From: an uncultured Planctomycetota bacterium
Lineage (GTDB): Bacteria > Planctomycetota > Planctomycetia > Isosphaerales > Isosphaeraceae
Direction: 5' to 3'
Assembly (NCBI GenBank): GCA_963823665.1
Contig: CAWGMQ010000004.1
Location: 1,792,001-1,856,000 of the forward strand
DNA: 64,000 nt
In this document: in pieces, positions 35,804 through 46,343 of the stretch
Numbering within the stretch: position 1 is the stretch's first letter
Layout: each line of letters starts with the position of its first letter
Position numbers and translations under genes: made by a program
The notes under the pieces: generated by a model
What the model was told of the DNA's origin: nothing
Databases searched by the model: none
The model's input: only the letters and a program-made list of their open reading frames with translations

Positions 35804-36625
35804 ATGCCGGCCCTGCTTTTTTGGACGTTCGCAATTTGCTTCGCGTTTATCGAGTCACCAGCCGCGCGGCGCAAGAATCAAAACTGAAGAAGCGAGTCGA
35901 CCTGCTCGTGATGGATGCCGACATCGCCACAAAGGCAGCAGTCTGCCGCTGGACGACCGAGCCGCCCGTGCTCGACGGGAAACTCGACGATCCTTGCTGG
36001 CAGCATGCCGCGGTGATTGACAAATTCGCCAGCTTCTGGATGGAGCCGCCCAAATCCAGGCCCGGCACGAAGGCCTATCTCATCTGGGACGACGATGCTC
36101 TTTACTACGCCGGATCGATGACCGACGCCGAATTGCGGTCCTTCGGCACCAAGCGAAATGACCACCTCTGGAATGGCGACGTCTTCGAGCTGTTCTTGAA
36201 GCCGAGGCTCGGAGCGGCCCGAGTATTACGAATTCCAGGCCAACCCTCGCGGCGTGATTTTTGAGGCACCCTTTCCCAAACGCGGGCATGACTTCGGGGG
36301 CTCCTTCGCGAATGCGCCGGTCCTGGGCAGCAAGGCCGCGGTTTCGCTGGTCGGAACGCTCGACCAGCCCGGCGATCGGGATGAGCGCTGGAGCGTCGAG
36401 GGGCGCATTCCCTGGACGGCGTTTGCACCCACCGGAGGCAAGCCCAAACCGGGCGATGAGCGGCGCTTCGCGATCTGCCGGTATGACTACGGCAAGGAGG
36501 GGACCGCGCCCATCACCATGAGCTCGGCCCCGCTTACCAAGTCGAGCTTCCACCGCTATGAAGATTACGGCAAGCTGCGATTTGAGGGTCCAGGATCCGC
36601 GGGGCGGCCCAAGCGAGAGCGGTGA
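35804..36625 (+). CDS. carbohydrate-binding family 9-like protein, frameshifted
   Basis: PVLDGKLDDPCWQHA, WDDDALY, LWNGDVFELF, WSVEGRIPW; frame change near 36210, start uncertain. Confidence 0.7.
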
Positions 36626-36903
36626 CACCTTTTATCAATCGGCGTCGAACACCGCGGCGACCGGGATCGAAAAGCCGGGCAGCACCACCGACGCCGCCAA
36701 TTCCCCGCGGCGATAGATGCCTGCTTCTTCGTAGGCATCGCCGCGCAAACGCAGAACGCTGATCGTTTCCCTGCGTCGCTGGCGGCAGGAATGGTCCGAG
36801 CGGCGGCAACGAAATCCGGTCCACGGTCTTTCAATACCGTCAGGCGCGATGGTTCCGGCCGGCTACGTTGTGATGCAGCACGCCGTGCGCCTTGACCGGC
36901 CAG

Positions 36904-37262
36904 TCAAGGCCTATGATCGCTGGATGGCCCGCATTCCGGCCGTCTACAGAGCCAACGACCCTGGGCGTCGGCGCCAGCTATGGCGGCGTCAATCCGGCCG
37001 GCGAGCCGTTCGGCATCCGGGACGTAAGTGCAGACGACGATCCCCACGTGGGGCATTCCCGCGTTGTGAAGGCGGATAAAGTCACGGCGGTCCTGAGTAA
37101 GAAGGATGCGGTCCGCCGCTGTCGCATCAGCCAGCACAACGTCGTCAGCGATACCTTGGCCTGCGCCCCGGCATCTTGGGCTGTCAGGACGTCGTGGCCC
37201 AACCGGCGCAGGACCGCGGTGACCGGGTATCGGAAGTTTTCGTCGGCGTAGAAACGGGCCAA
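36904..37262 (-). CDS. DUF5615 PIN-like toxin (VapC45-like), frameshifted
   Basis: RFYADEN..LRRLGHDVLT|..GIADDVVL..RILLTQDRRDF..H..HVGIVV. Confidence 0.7.
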
Positions 37263-37265
37263 GGT

Positions 37266-37745
37266 TCAGGCGACCTCGTTCTCGTGAATCTCCGCCAAGA
37301 TCTCGTCCGCGGTGGGACTTGGCGTAGGACCAAGCATTGACAAGGTCCTGAGCTCGCAGGGAGGGGTAGTCGAGCAGGAGTTGAGCTTCAGTCACACCGA
37401 GGTCACGTGCCTCGACGAGCTGCCAGACTGGATCCGGGTGCCGGCGATCTTAGCCGACCCGCCGCAGACACCCGTGACCTTTTCGATCCCGGATCCCTCG
37501 CACGCTGTGCCGGTCGATCTCGCAGACGATCGCTGGACGGCGGCGAGGCCGCGGGCCGCGTACTGTGCCTCAAGCGATTTAACGTCAGCTTTCGGAATTC
37601 CGACAATCTGGGAAACGAATGACGGCGAGTGGCCCGCGGCCAAGAGCAGCAGGGCTTGGGCGCGCTGGCGGCGAGTCGTTCGGGGCTTCCGAGTCACGAA
37701 GCGTTCGAGAAACTGGCGGTCGGCCTGGCTCAATTCAATCGGCAT
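37266..37745 (-). CDS. HTH + DUF433 antitoxin-like protein, frameshifted
   Basis: RAQALLLLAAG HTH; GVCGGSAKIAGTRI|PVWQLV..LLLDYPSLRAQDLVNAWSYA. Confidence 0.7.
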
Positions 37746-38179
37746 CGTATCAGGACCCCTAACAGGAATTATCGGGCCTCGCGCGTGAACCGGTCAATCC
37801 CGTCCGGCATGCGGGGGCGGCACGATGTCCCCCCGATCGCTATCGTGAATGCCTTGGGCGGCGAGTTGGAAGTCTCAGGAAGGTTCCCTGCCGGGACCGT
37901 GAAGATCGAGCCGTTCAATGAAGCGGGCGGCGGCAAAGCGGTCTCGCCGTGGATTCGGCGTGGGTTCGGAAATGATCAGGTAGGGGCGCGTACGATTCCG
38001 GCTGTTGGCCCGGCGTTGCTTTGGCGGACGGGATTGGTTGCTCGCAGGGCTTCAATGCAAGGTTTGGCGTTCGAGATGATGCTCCTTTGCGGAGCTTTTT
38101 GGCGCGAGGACACCGTCCCGATTGTAGTCGTGAACTACGTATGGTTTCGCCGGAGCCCCCACCAATGGATCACCTGTTT

Positions 38180-38233
38180 TACCAATACCGGACCTGACCC
38201 CGTTTCTACCAATACCGGACCTGACCCCGTTTC
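38180..38233. repeat. exact 27-bp tandem duplication
   Basis: taccaataccggacctgaccccgtttc x2, adjacent to the end of the pglZ fragment. Confidence 0.9.
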
Positions 38234-38235
38234 TC

Positions 38236-39021
38236 TCAGATGGCGATGGTGGTCTTTTGGGGCAAGAAATTGTGTAGTGACGGTCCAGCCTCGCTCGCCT
38301 TCTTGTGAACCAGCTCGCTGGCCATCATCGCACGAACGAGGACGGACGGCTTGATGGCATCGCCTTCGGGAAGGCGCCCGAAACCGAGCTGGGTCCGGAT
38401 CACTTGGACGAACGTCTTCATCAGCCCTTGGTGCTGGAGGACGTCGGTCAGGCGGGCGGGGTCGGTCGTAGCACGGCCGACCTGGGTGAGAGGGCGCCTG
38501 CCTCGTCGAACGCCAGTGCCAGGAGGGCCGAGCCGAGCGCGTCCAGGTCGAGCAACCACGTGCCGCTTGGGAACACGCGGTCCCACTGTTCAACAAGGCG
38601 GTGGGCGGTCGGGCCGGTGAGCAAAGCGGCGACTTGCGGCCTTGGAAGGTTGTGTTTGTCGGCGAGGATGTCGACGAGCGACTTTTGTACCTTGCGCCCG
38701 ATGAGCTCGAGGTCTTCATACCAGGATGGCTCACGGCGCTCGCCGGACTGATATACGATCCACTTCCTGTCGTTGGACCAGAGGAGCCCGTCGGCCTCGA
38801 GCTGGTACTTGATCTCGACCCGAACGGCCAGGGCGTTTGTCGCCCCGGGATGCGGGGTAAGCGTCCAGCCATGCGCGCTCGCTGCGGGCTCTCAGCGGGT
38901 GCTCGAGTGCGCCGTCCTTGTCGTACCAGATGACCAGACCCTTGTCGTCCAGCAGCGGCCGGAGCAGGTCGACCAGGTACGTCACGAGATCGTTCGAGCA
39001 ATCGACGGTTGGCTGGGTCAT
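38236..39021 (-). pseudogene. pglZ: N-terminal fragment of a PglZ-like BREX protein
   Basis: LVIWYDKDG N-terminal motif, continued across frameshifts (KWIVYQSG..WYEDLELIG..); no phosphatase domain; located downstream of the pglX remnant. Confidence 0.5.
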
Positions 39022-39233
39022 CGTAAACCGATGTTACACGGGAAGCCGAAAGTTCGCACCAGGGTTGGACTTATCGAGTTGCCTTAAAGCCGGCCATATC
39101 GGCAACGCGGGATTCGGGAGTATCGAGCCGCGGGCCGACCTCCTTGCTTTTCAGGAACCAGGAGATACATTTTAAATGGCGTTATTGGCGAAAACTTGCA
39201 AAAAGTCGCCTCATTTTGTTCTGAGCCATAAAC

Positions 39234-40559
39234 ATGCTCGTCGAATTCCGCCTCCGCAACTTCTGCTCGTACGCCGCTGAGAAGAAATTCAGCATGGTGG
39301 CGGCGAGCGGGAAGGAGCTTCCGGGCAACACGATGACGGTCGAAGGGTTTGAGCGCCATCCGTTACTGCGGAGCGCCGCGATTTACGGTGCCAATGCGTC
39401 CGGAAAAAGCAACTTGGTCCAGGCCTTCAGTTTCTTTCAAGACTTTGTGCTTCATTCCCCGGAGAGCGGCTTTGACGGTGAAGAAATCCCGGCTCAGCCC
39501 TTCTTGCTTGACCTCAAGCTTCGTGAGAAGCCCAGCGAATTCGAGATCACCTTCATACTTGACGGGGTGCGTCATCAATATGGCTTCATCGTATCTCGGC
39601 AGCGGGTCTTCGAGGAGTGGCTAACGGTCTACCCCAAGGGTAAGGCGCAGGAGTGGTTTCACCGAGAGGTTGGCGCATCGACGAAGTCAAGGTGGTCGTT
39701 CAGTCGTACGCACATGCGGGGTGACAAGATGCAACTGGCGGATCGGACGAGGGAGGACGCCCTCTTTCTCTCCGTCGCCGCGCAATGGAACCACCCTCAG
39801 ATCAAGGGCATTTACGCTTGGTTCCAGAATGGGATTCGTGTATTGCCCAGGCAGATTAGCGCGATGCCCGATACCCGAATGCAACTGCTCAAGGATGCCC
39901 GGTTTTGCGATTGGACTGCCGGGATCCTCCGTGCTGCCGACATTGGCATCAGCGGCGTCACCGCGAAAAAAAGGGAGATGAGGAAGGAGGATCTGCGGTT
40001 TCCGCGCGACATGCCGGCCGAGCGGCGGGAGCTCCTCACGCGGGATTACCTCAAGAACCTCTATGTTGACGTTCGCATTCGCCGGCAGATTCCTGGCTCC
40101 GACGCTGGGGTCGAATGGGATCTCGCGCAAGAATCGGATGGGACGCAGCGAATGCTCGAGCTCCTCGGGCCAATTCGGGACGTTCTCGAAAAGGGAGCCG
40201 TTCTGATCATGGACGAATTGGACACGAGCCTTCACGCGTTCATCACGCGGGCGCTGGTTCACCTCTTCAACGACCCGGTCACAAATCCCAGGGGAGCACA
40301 GCTTGTATTCACCACCCACGATACGAGCCTTCTCGACCTGACGATCTTCCGGCGGGATCAGATCTGGTTCACGGAGAAAGACCAGTCCGGAGCCACTGAT
40401 CTGTACTCTCTTCAGGACTACAGCCCCCGGAAGGGCGAGGCGATCCAAAAGGGTTACTTGCTCGGTCGATATGGTGCCATTCCGTTCGTCGAGCCGTTCG
40501 AGTTTCACCCACCGCCATTGACACGGGGTGGGTTGGAGACAGCGCCGTCCGAGGGCTAG
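39234..40559 (+). CDS. RloA/AbiLi-like AAA_21 ATPase
   Basis: MLVEFRLRNFCS, IYGANASGKSN, ESDGT, MDELDTSLH, QLVFTTHD, RRDQIWFTEK, YLLGRYGAIP. Confidence 0.88.
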   Translation: MLVEFRLRNFCSYAAEKKFSMVAASGKELPGNTMTVEGFERHPLLRSAAIYGANASGKSNLVQAFSFFQDFVLHSPESGFDGEEIPAQPFLLDLKLREKPSEFEITFILDGVRHQYGFIVSRQRVFEEWLTVYPKGKAQEWFHREVGASTKSRWSFSRTHMRGDKMQLADRTREDALFLSVAAQWNHPQIKGIYAWFQNGIRVLPRQISAMPDTRMQLLKDARFCDWTAGILRAADIGISGVTAKKREMRKEDLRFPRDMPAERRELLTRDYLKNLYVDVRIRRQIPGSDAGVEWDLAQESDGTQRMLELLGPIRDVLEKGAVLIMDELDTSLHAFITRALVHLFNDPVTNPRGAQLVFTTHDTSLLDLTIFRRDQIWFTEKDQSGATDLYSLQDYSPRKGEAIQKGYLLGRYGAIPFVEPFEFHPPPLTRGGLETAPSEG

Positions 40560-40618
40560 CCCGCAAGAGCCCCATTGTTCTGGACTCGTTCGACAGGTCG
40601 ATATTCGAAAGCTGGCGT

Positions 40619-41350
40619 ATGGGTGGGCGAAGCCGCAAAAGAACCGAGGCTGCACTTGCGCGCGGAAAATCCAGCCGGCGGCCTCGTGAATGCATCCTGA
40701 TTGTTTGCGAGGGGGCGGAAACTGAGCCGAATTATTTCAACTCGCTCTGGCGTCACATTCGTTTGAGAACCGTTGACGTGAGAGTCGTGGGGCAAGGTGC
40801 AGAAATCCGCGGGGTAGTTGACGCCGCGATTCGGTTGAGGGAGGAACGTGACCACGAGGCAAGAGAGAGCGTTCAAACGGCACCATTCGACGAGGTCTGG
40901 TGTGTGGTGGATACGGAATGTCGGAACGACAATCCGAGTTGGGAGCCCGGAGTCGATCAAGCAAGGTCAAACGATCTGAGACTCGCCTGGTCGAATCCTT
41001 GCTTCGAGTACTGGATTTTGCTCCATTTCGATCGGGTGGGGCGGAGCTTTAATGGGTATGAGGCCATCAAGTCGCATGTAAGGAAGCACATCCCGAATTA
41101 CGACAAGACGTCGGACTACTTCGCGATACTGGCCCCGCGAATTCCCCAGGCAATCGAAAACTCAAAGAGCATCCATCGAACTCAATGGCAGCACACGCCA
41201 AGGTCGATCGACTGCAATCCCGCGACGACGGTTCACGAGCTCGTCGAACGACTGATCGAGGTCGCCGGAATGACGGTTGAGAAGTACCGAGAACGGAATC
41301 CCGTGCCCGAGCAGACGGAAGCAAGAGGCAAACGTACCAAGCGGTCGTAG
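40619..41350 (+). CDS. rloB: RloB-family protein
   Basis: LIVCEGAETEPNYF, DEVWCVVD, SNPCFEYWILLHF, NPATTVHELV. Confidence 0.88.
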   Translation: MGGRSRKRTEAALARGKSSRRPRECILIVCEGAETEPNYFNSLWRHIRLRTVDVRVVGQGAEIRGVVDAAIRLREERDHEARESVQTAPFDEVWCVVDTECRNDNPSWEPGVDQARSNDLRLAWSNPCFEYWILLHFDRVGRSFNGYEAIKSHVRKHIPNYDKTSDYFAILAPRIPQAIENSKSIHRTQWQHTPRSIDCNPATTVHELVERLIEVAGMTVEKYRERNPVPEQTEARGKRTKRS

Positions 41351-41386
41351 GACGATCTCGGCCCGGTCGGTTTATTAGAAGCGACG

Positions 41387-42445
41387 TCACTCAATCCGAT
41401 CGGCCGCGCGAGGCAAGACGCCGGCGACCTTCAGGGGCTCGATGTTGACGCGGACGCCGTAATCGAGCATGGGGAGCCAGCCACGACCGTAGGCCGGACC
41501 GCCGGTCACCTCGGCGACCTACTGCTTGAGCCAGGGGGCGTCCGGGCCAGGGGCTGGCGTGACCGGACGCGCGCCGGTGTCGAGATCCTGGATTCGACGG
41601 CGGAATTCGATTAGCTCTCGGTACTGTAAGTCGGCGGATTGGAACGAACGTTGTGCATCAGTAATCTCGCGGCGCCTGGCGCCGCGCTGCTGAAGCCCTT
41701 CGAGGACCGTCTTCGTCGCGTTGAACTGAGCGTTTGCGGTTTCGATGACGTCGACGAGATAATGTGCGACGATGTCCTGAAGCGTATTCGCTCGGAGTCT
41801 ATGGTAATGCAGGACGCAGGAGAATGCGCCGGGGAGCGTCCCTCGTGGTCGGCAGCCGGCGCTGGTTATTTGCCAGAAAATTGGGCGTCGGCGATACGTG
41901 TTGACGTGAAACTCAAAGAAGTCCTGGGCGAGCCATTATTCGGTGGGCTTCCCGAGGAACTCGGCCGCCTCGGCCCATGTGGCTTCTACCGTCTCGGGAC
42001 CGAACCAATCAGATATTTGGCCCTCAACGAGTCGGGCCAGACTCGATCTCCGCCCTAGAGTCTGGATCGGGACGATCCCGTCGGGGTCGCGCTCTACGAC
42101 CACCTTGATCGCATAGGATAGGAGACGAGCGACTTCCTCCTTAATGAACGCAGTAGTCCCGACTTGCGCTTGAGGCGCATCGGAACAGCCAATCCTAGCT
42201 TCGGTCGCGTGTTCTTCGGCCGAAGTTTCTTCCGATACGGCCTCGCGTGGTCTGTCGTCCTGCGAACCGGATTCAGCTTCGTCCCCTGTATCGCACTCCT
42301 CATCTGCGTCGTCGTCAAGCGCGGGGAGGCACTGCCGGAAAGAGATCTCCTCAGCGAAGTGTCTGCGATCATGGGGTGCGATACCCATAAGATCATAGAC
42401 TTGCTCGTCGATACCGGCTGCGACCGATGCAATCTCTTTCTCGGT
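41387..42445 (-). pseudogene. pglX: C-terminal remnant of a BREX type 1-like PglX with two in-frame stops
   Basis: One frame: IDEQVYDLMGI...*WLAQDFFEFHVNTYRRRPIFWQITS...HYHRL...*...DYGVRVNIEPL; TAA at 41936-41938 and TAG at 41519-41521. Confidence 0.75.
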
Positions 42446-42764
42446 TGAGCGCCAGAATTAGCAGGAGTTGGGCTTTTGCGCTCGTCGGCACCCTTTTTTC
42501 AGCGGCGAGGAAGCGTGTGACGGCAGCAGGACAATGGAGCGGGGGCGGCGCGTCGAATACTCGCCGCTCGACGGCTCGCAAGAGCTTCGAGATCCGGGAC
42601 TGGCTTCCTTTGCCGAGCAGGTTTTCCTTCAGCGCCTTCGATTTCACCTGATTCCAGTCTCTGGTCGAGCAGTACTCGGCGCAGAGAGCGATCGAGTCGT
42701 CGACGGCCAAACCGGATTCGGTCAATCGTGCTTGGTATTTCGCCGGGCTTGAGGCATCGTTCAT
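42446..42764 (-). pseudogene. brxA: N-terminal part of BrxA (DUF1819-like)
   Basis: KYQARLTESGLAVDDS...DWNQVKSKALKENLLGKGSQSRISKLLRAVERR; abuts the pglX remnant. Confidence 0.65.
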
Positions 42765-43039
42765 CGGGACCAACCGCGTAGGACTATCGATGGCGCGAGC
42801 GCCGCGCTTGGCTCGCTCGTGCAAGTTTTGTCGCAAGTGTACCAGCTTCAGCCGGATGAGGAACGAACCGATTGCTGAGGATTTCCAAACCAGGTGTGGC
42901 TGGGCGCGGGAACGCGGAGGCGTCGACATTTCGGTGGATCGTGTTATGCGCGGAGCAGCGGCGTCTGTCCTCGGTCAGTGCTAGGAGTGAGGCTCATCAG
43001 TTTTTCGTGGACGGTGGGAAGCGATGGGTAGCCCAGAGG

Positions 43040-43072
43040 CCCTCACCCCGACACTCTCCCAGAGGGAGAGGG
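43040..43072. repeat. CCCTCACCCC..CTCTCCC..AGGGAGAGGG REP-like palindrome
   Basis: ccctcaccccgacactctcccagagggagaggg upstream of brxA'. Confidence 0.6.
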
Positions 43073-44285
43073 AGAGGGCGCGGTTGGTCGTCGCCGGATT
43101 CCTCAACAAGGCCTGGATTTTTCGGTACGTTGGATGCGCAGACACGCTCTCAGGAATTTCGCCGGTCTCGCCTCATTTGATTCGCCATCGCGTACTCCTC
43201 CGCAAGATCGAATCCAATGTCGGCGGTTGGATCGATGATCTTGAACGCCGCGTACATGAGGCAGACCACAGTTCGCTTGACGGCGGTCTGTAGGTCCATA
43301 TTGGCATTATCCGCGGGGCACGGGGTTTTTCCCAGGCGGGGCTATCAACGGAGCAGGCTTACGCCGCTTTCACTGGGATCGTGCAATGTCGTCTCGGCGG
43401 GTCATGCTCGCAGCCATCGTCGGCCGCGATTAATCAGCGAACGGGAATGCCCCTTCGCGGAGAGCGAAGGGCGACAATGTTCTCGGCCGGCGCGTTGAGC
43501 AGAGGTGTCACTGGATGGCCTCACTCGTGGCGGCGCGGCAGGGCCCGTTGGCACCCGTCTGCGCCTTGAGTGCATGGCGCCGACGGAGCCGGGGGCGCGT
43601 GGACCGAACGGACCAACTGGATGCGGGAATCGTGCCGGGCGTCTTTGCCGACTCTTTAGCCGCATTGCGCAAACCGGGGTTGCGATCGAGTTCGTCGTTG
43701 CATCCGTTGCAAGCCGGATAAAAATCCCAGGTTTTCTGGTCGACGAAATGGCCGAATCGCGAAAGTGAGCCCATAATTTACATAGCTCAGTCTCGATCGC
43801 TGACACTGGAGTCGGCGCGGGGCATCACACCACCCATGTCTCTGGAACCGGGAATGACTGCTTCGTTTGCTCGAGCGCGTGCTCGAGGATCTCAGCTCTG
43901 CCTGACCACGCCTGTGCCGTGGGCAAAATGGGGCCGGACTGCCCTTGGGAACTGGGCTCGGTGCACGACGAAATCGCCCCGAGTTTTGAGCTGTGCCGAG
44001 CGTGGGACGGGTGTGGGCCACGGAGAGGGTGAGTCTTCACCGGGTGGGCCGAGGGATCACGAAGCGCGGCTGGTGGCGTTATCCTCTTTGGCTCTCAGCA
44101 TTTCCGTGCTGCTTCAGGGTGTTCGGGCCAGCGATCGGACGGGGTTCACGTCAGCGAGCAAAATGGGACTTTTTTGGGGTCAATCGTCTCATTTCGTCTC
44201 ATTTTGTCTCATCCACTTCTACTTAATTGGAGCGTGCGAGACATGTCTGGAGAGCGTAGCCACGGAATGCAGCAAGGGCAGTTAG

Positions 44286-45785
44286 CTCACGCAAAGGCGC
44301 AACGGCGCAAAGAAGAGGGGCTGCCCGAAAGAAAACAAGCGACAACCGGACACTCCCGGGCACGCTGAGGGCGATGACCGGCGTTCCCTTAATGCTTACG
44401 GGCTAAAGAGCATCGTCAAGTCTACAAAACGAACTCTGCGGCGAAGCAGGGGAGGCGGGCTAGTGAAATCGAACATGAAGATGGGCTCACGCAAAGGCGC
44501 AAAGGCGCAAAGAAGAGGGCCGCCGTAAAAGAAATGAAACGGCCAAGGCGGGATTCTGATATCGAAGACGAAGATGAGTTCACGCAAAGGCGCAAAGGCG
44601 CAAAGAAGAGAGGCTGCGCGAAAGAAAACAGCGACACGCGGACACTCCCAGGCACGCTGACGGCGATGACCGGCGTTCCCTTAATGCTTACAGGCAAAAG
44701 AGCATCGTCAAATCTACAAAACGAACTCTGCGGCGAAGCAGGGGAGGCGGGGTAGTGAGATCGAGTATGAAGATGAGCTCACGCGAAGGCGCAACGGCGC
44801 AAAGGAAATGGGGGGCGTCCATGAACAGAACCGGCACGTGGACACTCCCAGGCACGCTGACGGCGATGGCCGGCGTTCCCTTACTGCTTGCAGGCAAAAG
44901 AGCACCGTCAAATCTACAAAACGAACTTTGCAGAGAAGCAGCGGAGGCGGGCTAGTGAGATGGAACATGAAGATGAGGTCACGCAAAGGCGCAAGGGCGC
45001 AAAGAAGAGGGGCGCCGTAAAAGAAATGAAACGGCCAAGGCGGAATTCTGAGAATCGTAGACGAAGATGAGTTCACGCAAAGGCGCAAAGGAAATCACAT
45101 GCATCAATGAAAAGAACTGGCACGCGGAGACGCCCAGGCACGCCGACGGCGATGGCCGGCGTTCCCTTACTGCTTGCAGGCAAAAGAGCACCGTCAAATC
45201 TACAAAACGAACTTTGCAGAGAAGCAGCGGAGGCGGGCTAGTGAGATGGAACATGAAGATGAGGTCACGCAAAGGCGCAAGGGCGCAAAGAAGAGGGGCG
45301 CCGCTCAGGGAATCACTCGGCCGAGCCGGACTTCTGAGATGGAAGACGAAGACGAGTTCGCGCAAAGGCGCGAAGGAAATCGGGTGCGTCCATGAACAGA
45401 ACCGGCACGTGGACGCTCCCAGGCACGCTGACAGCAATGACCCGCGTTCCCTTACTGCTTACAGGCAAAAGAGTATCGTCAAATCTACAAAACGAACTCT
45501 GCGGCGAAGCAGCGGAGGCGGACTAGTGAGATCGAGCATGAAGATGAGCTCACGCAAAGGCGCAAAGAAGAGGGGCACCGCTAAAGGAATCACTCGGCCG
45601 AGCCGGACTTCTGAGATGGAAGACGAAGACGAGTTCACGCAAAGGCGCAAAGCGCAAAGAAGATCAGGTGCCTCAATGAAAAGAATCGGCACGCGGACAC
45701 GCCCGGGCACGCTGATGGCGATGACTGGCGTTCCCTTACTGCTTACAGGCAAAAGCGCATCGTCAAATCTACAAAACGAAATCTG
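44286..45785 (+). repeat. array of ten TCACGCAAAGGCGCAAAGGCGCAAAG-type direct repeats with recurring long and short spacers
   Basis: Repeat starts at about 44286, 44486, 44579, 44778, 44978, 45072, 45264, 45357, 45549 and 45634. Confidence 0.92.
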
Positions 45786-46211
45786 GGGATAAGCAGGGGA
45801 CGCGGGCTTCCTCGAGGACCAGGCGCGCGGCCTTGGCCTGGGCTGAGGTTCGCGTATGCAGCCGTCATTGCTGAGTCCGTGGCCGGCAGCGAGCGGAAGT
45901 CGATCAGTCGTGTGCGTTCAGTTGTTCCGGACGAAACATGCACGATTCAACACTGAGTAACTACTTTTTGCTCATTAATTGATTTTGGGATGATCAAGTG
46001 GTACAAGTAGCGATTCTTCCTGCGCCACACGTATCGAGAAGGCCAGCATCGAGTTGCGTCTAAGTCGTGCGCGCCCGATTATTCCTGCGCCACACCTAAA
46101 CCCAAGCGCCGTAAGGCTGTGGCGCATGTGGCGCAGAAAATGGGGGGCCGCAAAAGTTTTTCGAACGCCCGCTGCCGCGGGCGATTGGGCGGAGGACGGA
46201 AGGCCGGACTA

Positions 46212-46272
46212 AGAGTACGAGTACGAGCACGAGTACGAGCAGGAGTAAGAGCAAGAGCGAGAGTACGCGAGT
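46212..46272. repeat. degenerate hexamer repeat (GAGYAC)n
   Basis: agagtacgagtacgagcacgagtacgagcaggagtaagagcaagagcgagagtacg. Confidence 0.75.
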
Positions 46273-46343
46273 GCGTTCCCGTAGTCCTTGTGGTGTAAGG
46301 ACGCGCGACGAATGTACAAAACGAACTCGGGCGCGACGCGACC

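Noticed and set aside
37392..37745. IS630 transposon
   Set aside because: Only an HTH-like segment; no DDE domain or terminal repeats.
43100..44180. Genes upstream of brxA (for example a brxR/WYL regulator)
   Set aside because: Only short ORFs without recognisable motifs.
44286..45785. CRISPR array
   Set aside because: Spacers are 60-175 bp and homologous to each other, repeat length varies, and no cas genes are present.
45067..45792. 241-aa repeat protein encoded by the array
   Set aside because: Homologous units are read in different frames and differ by non-triplet indels, so coding is not conserved.
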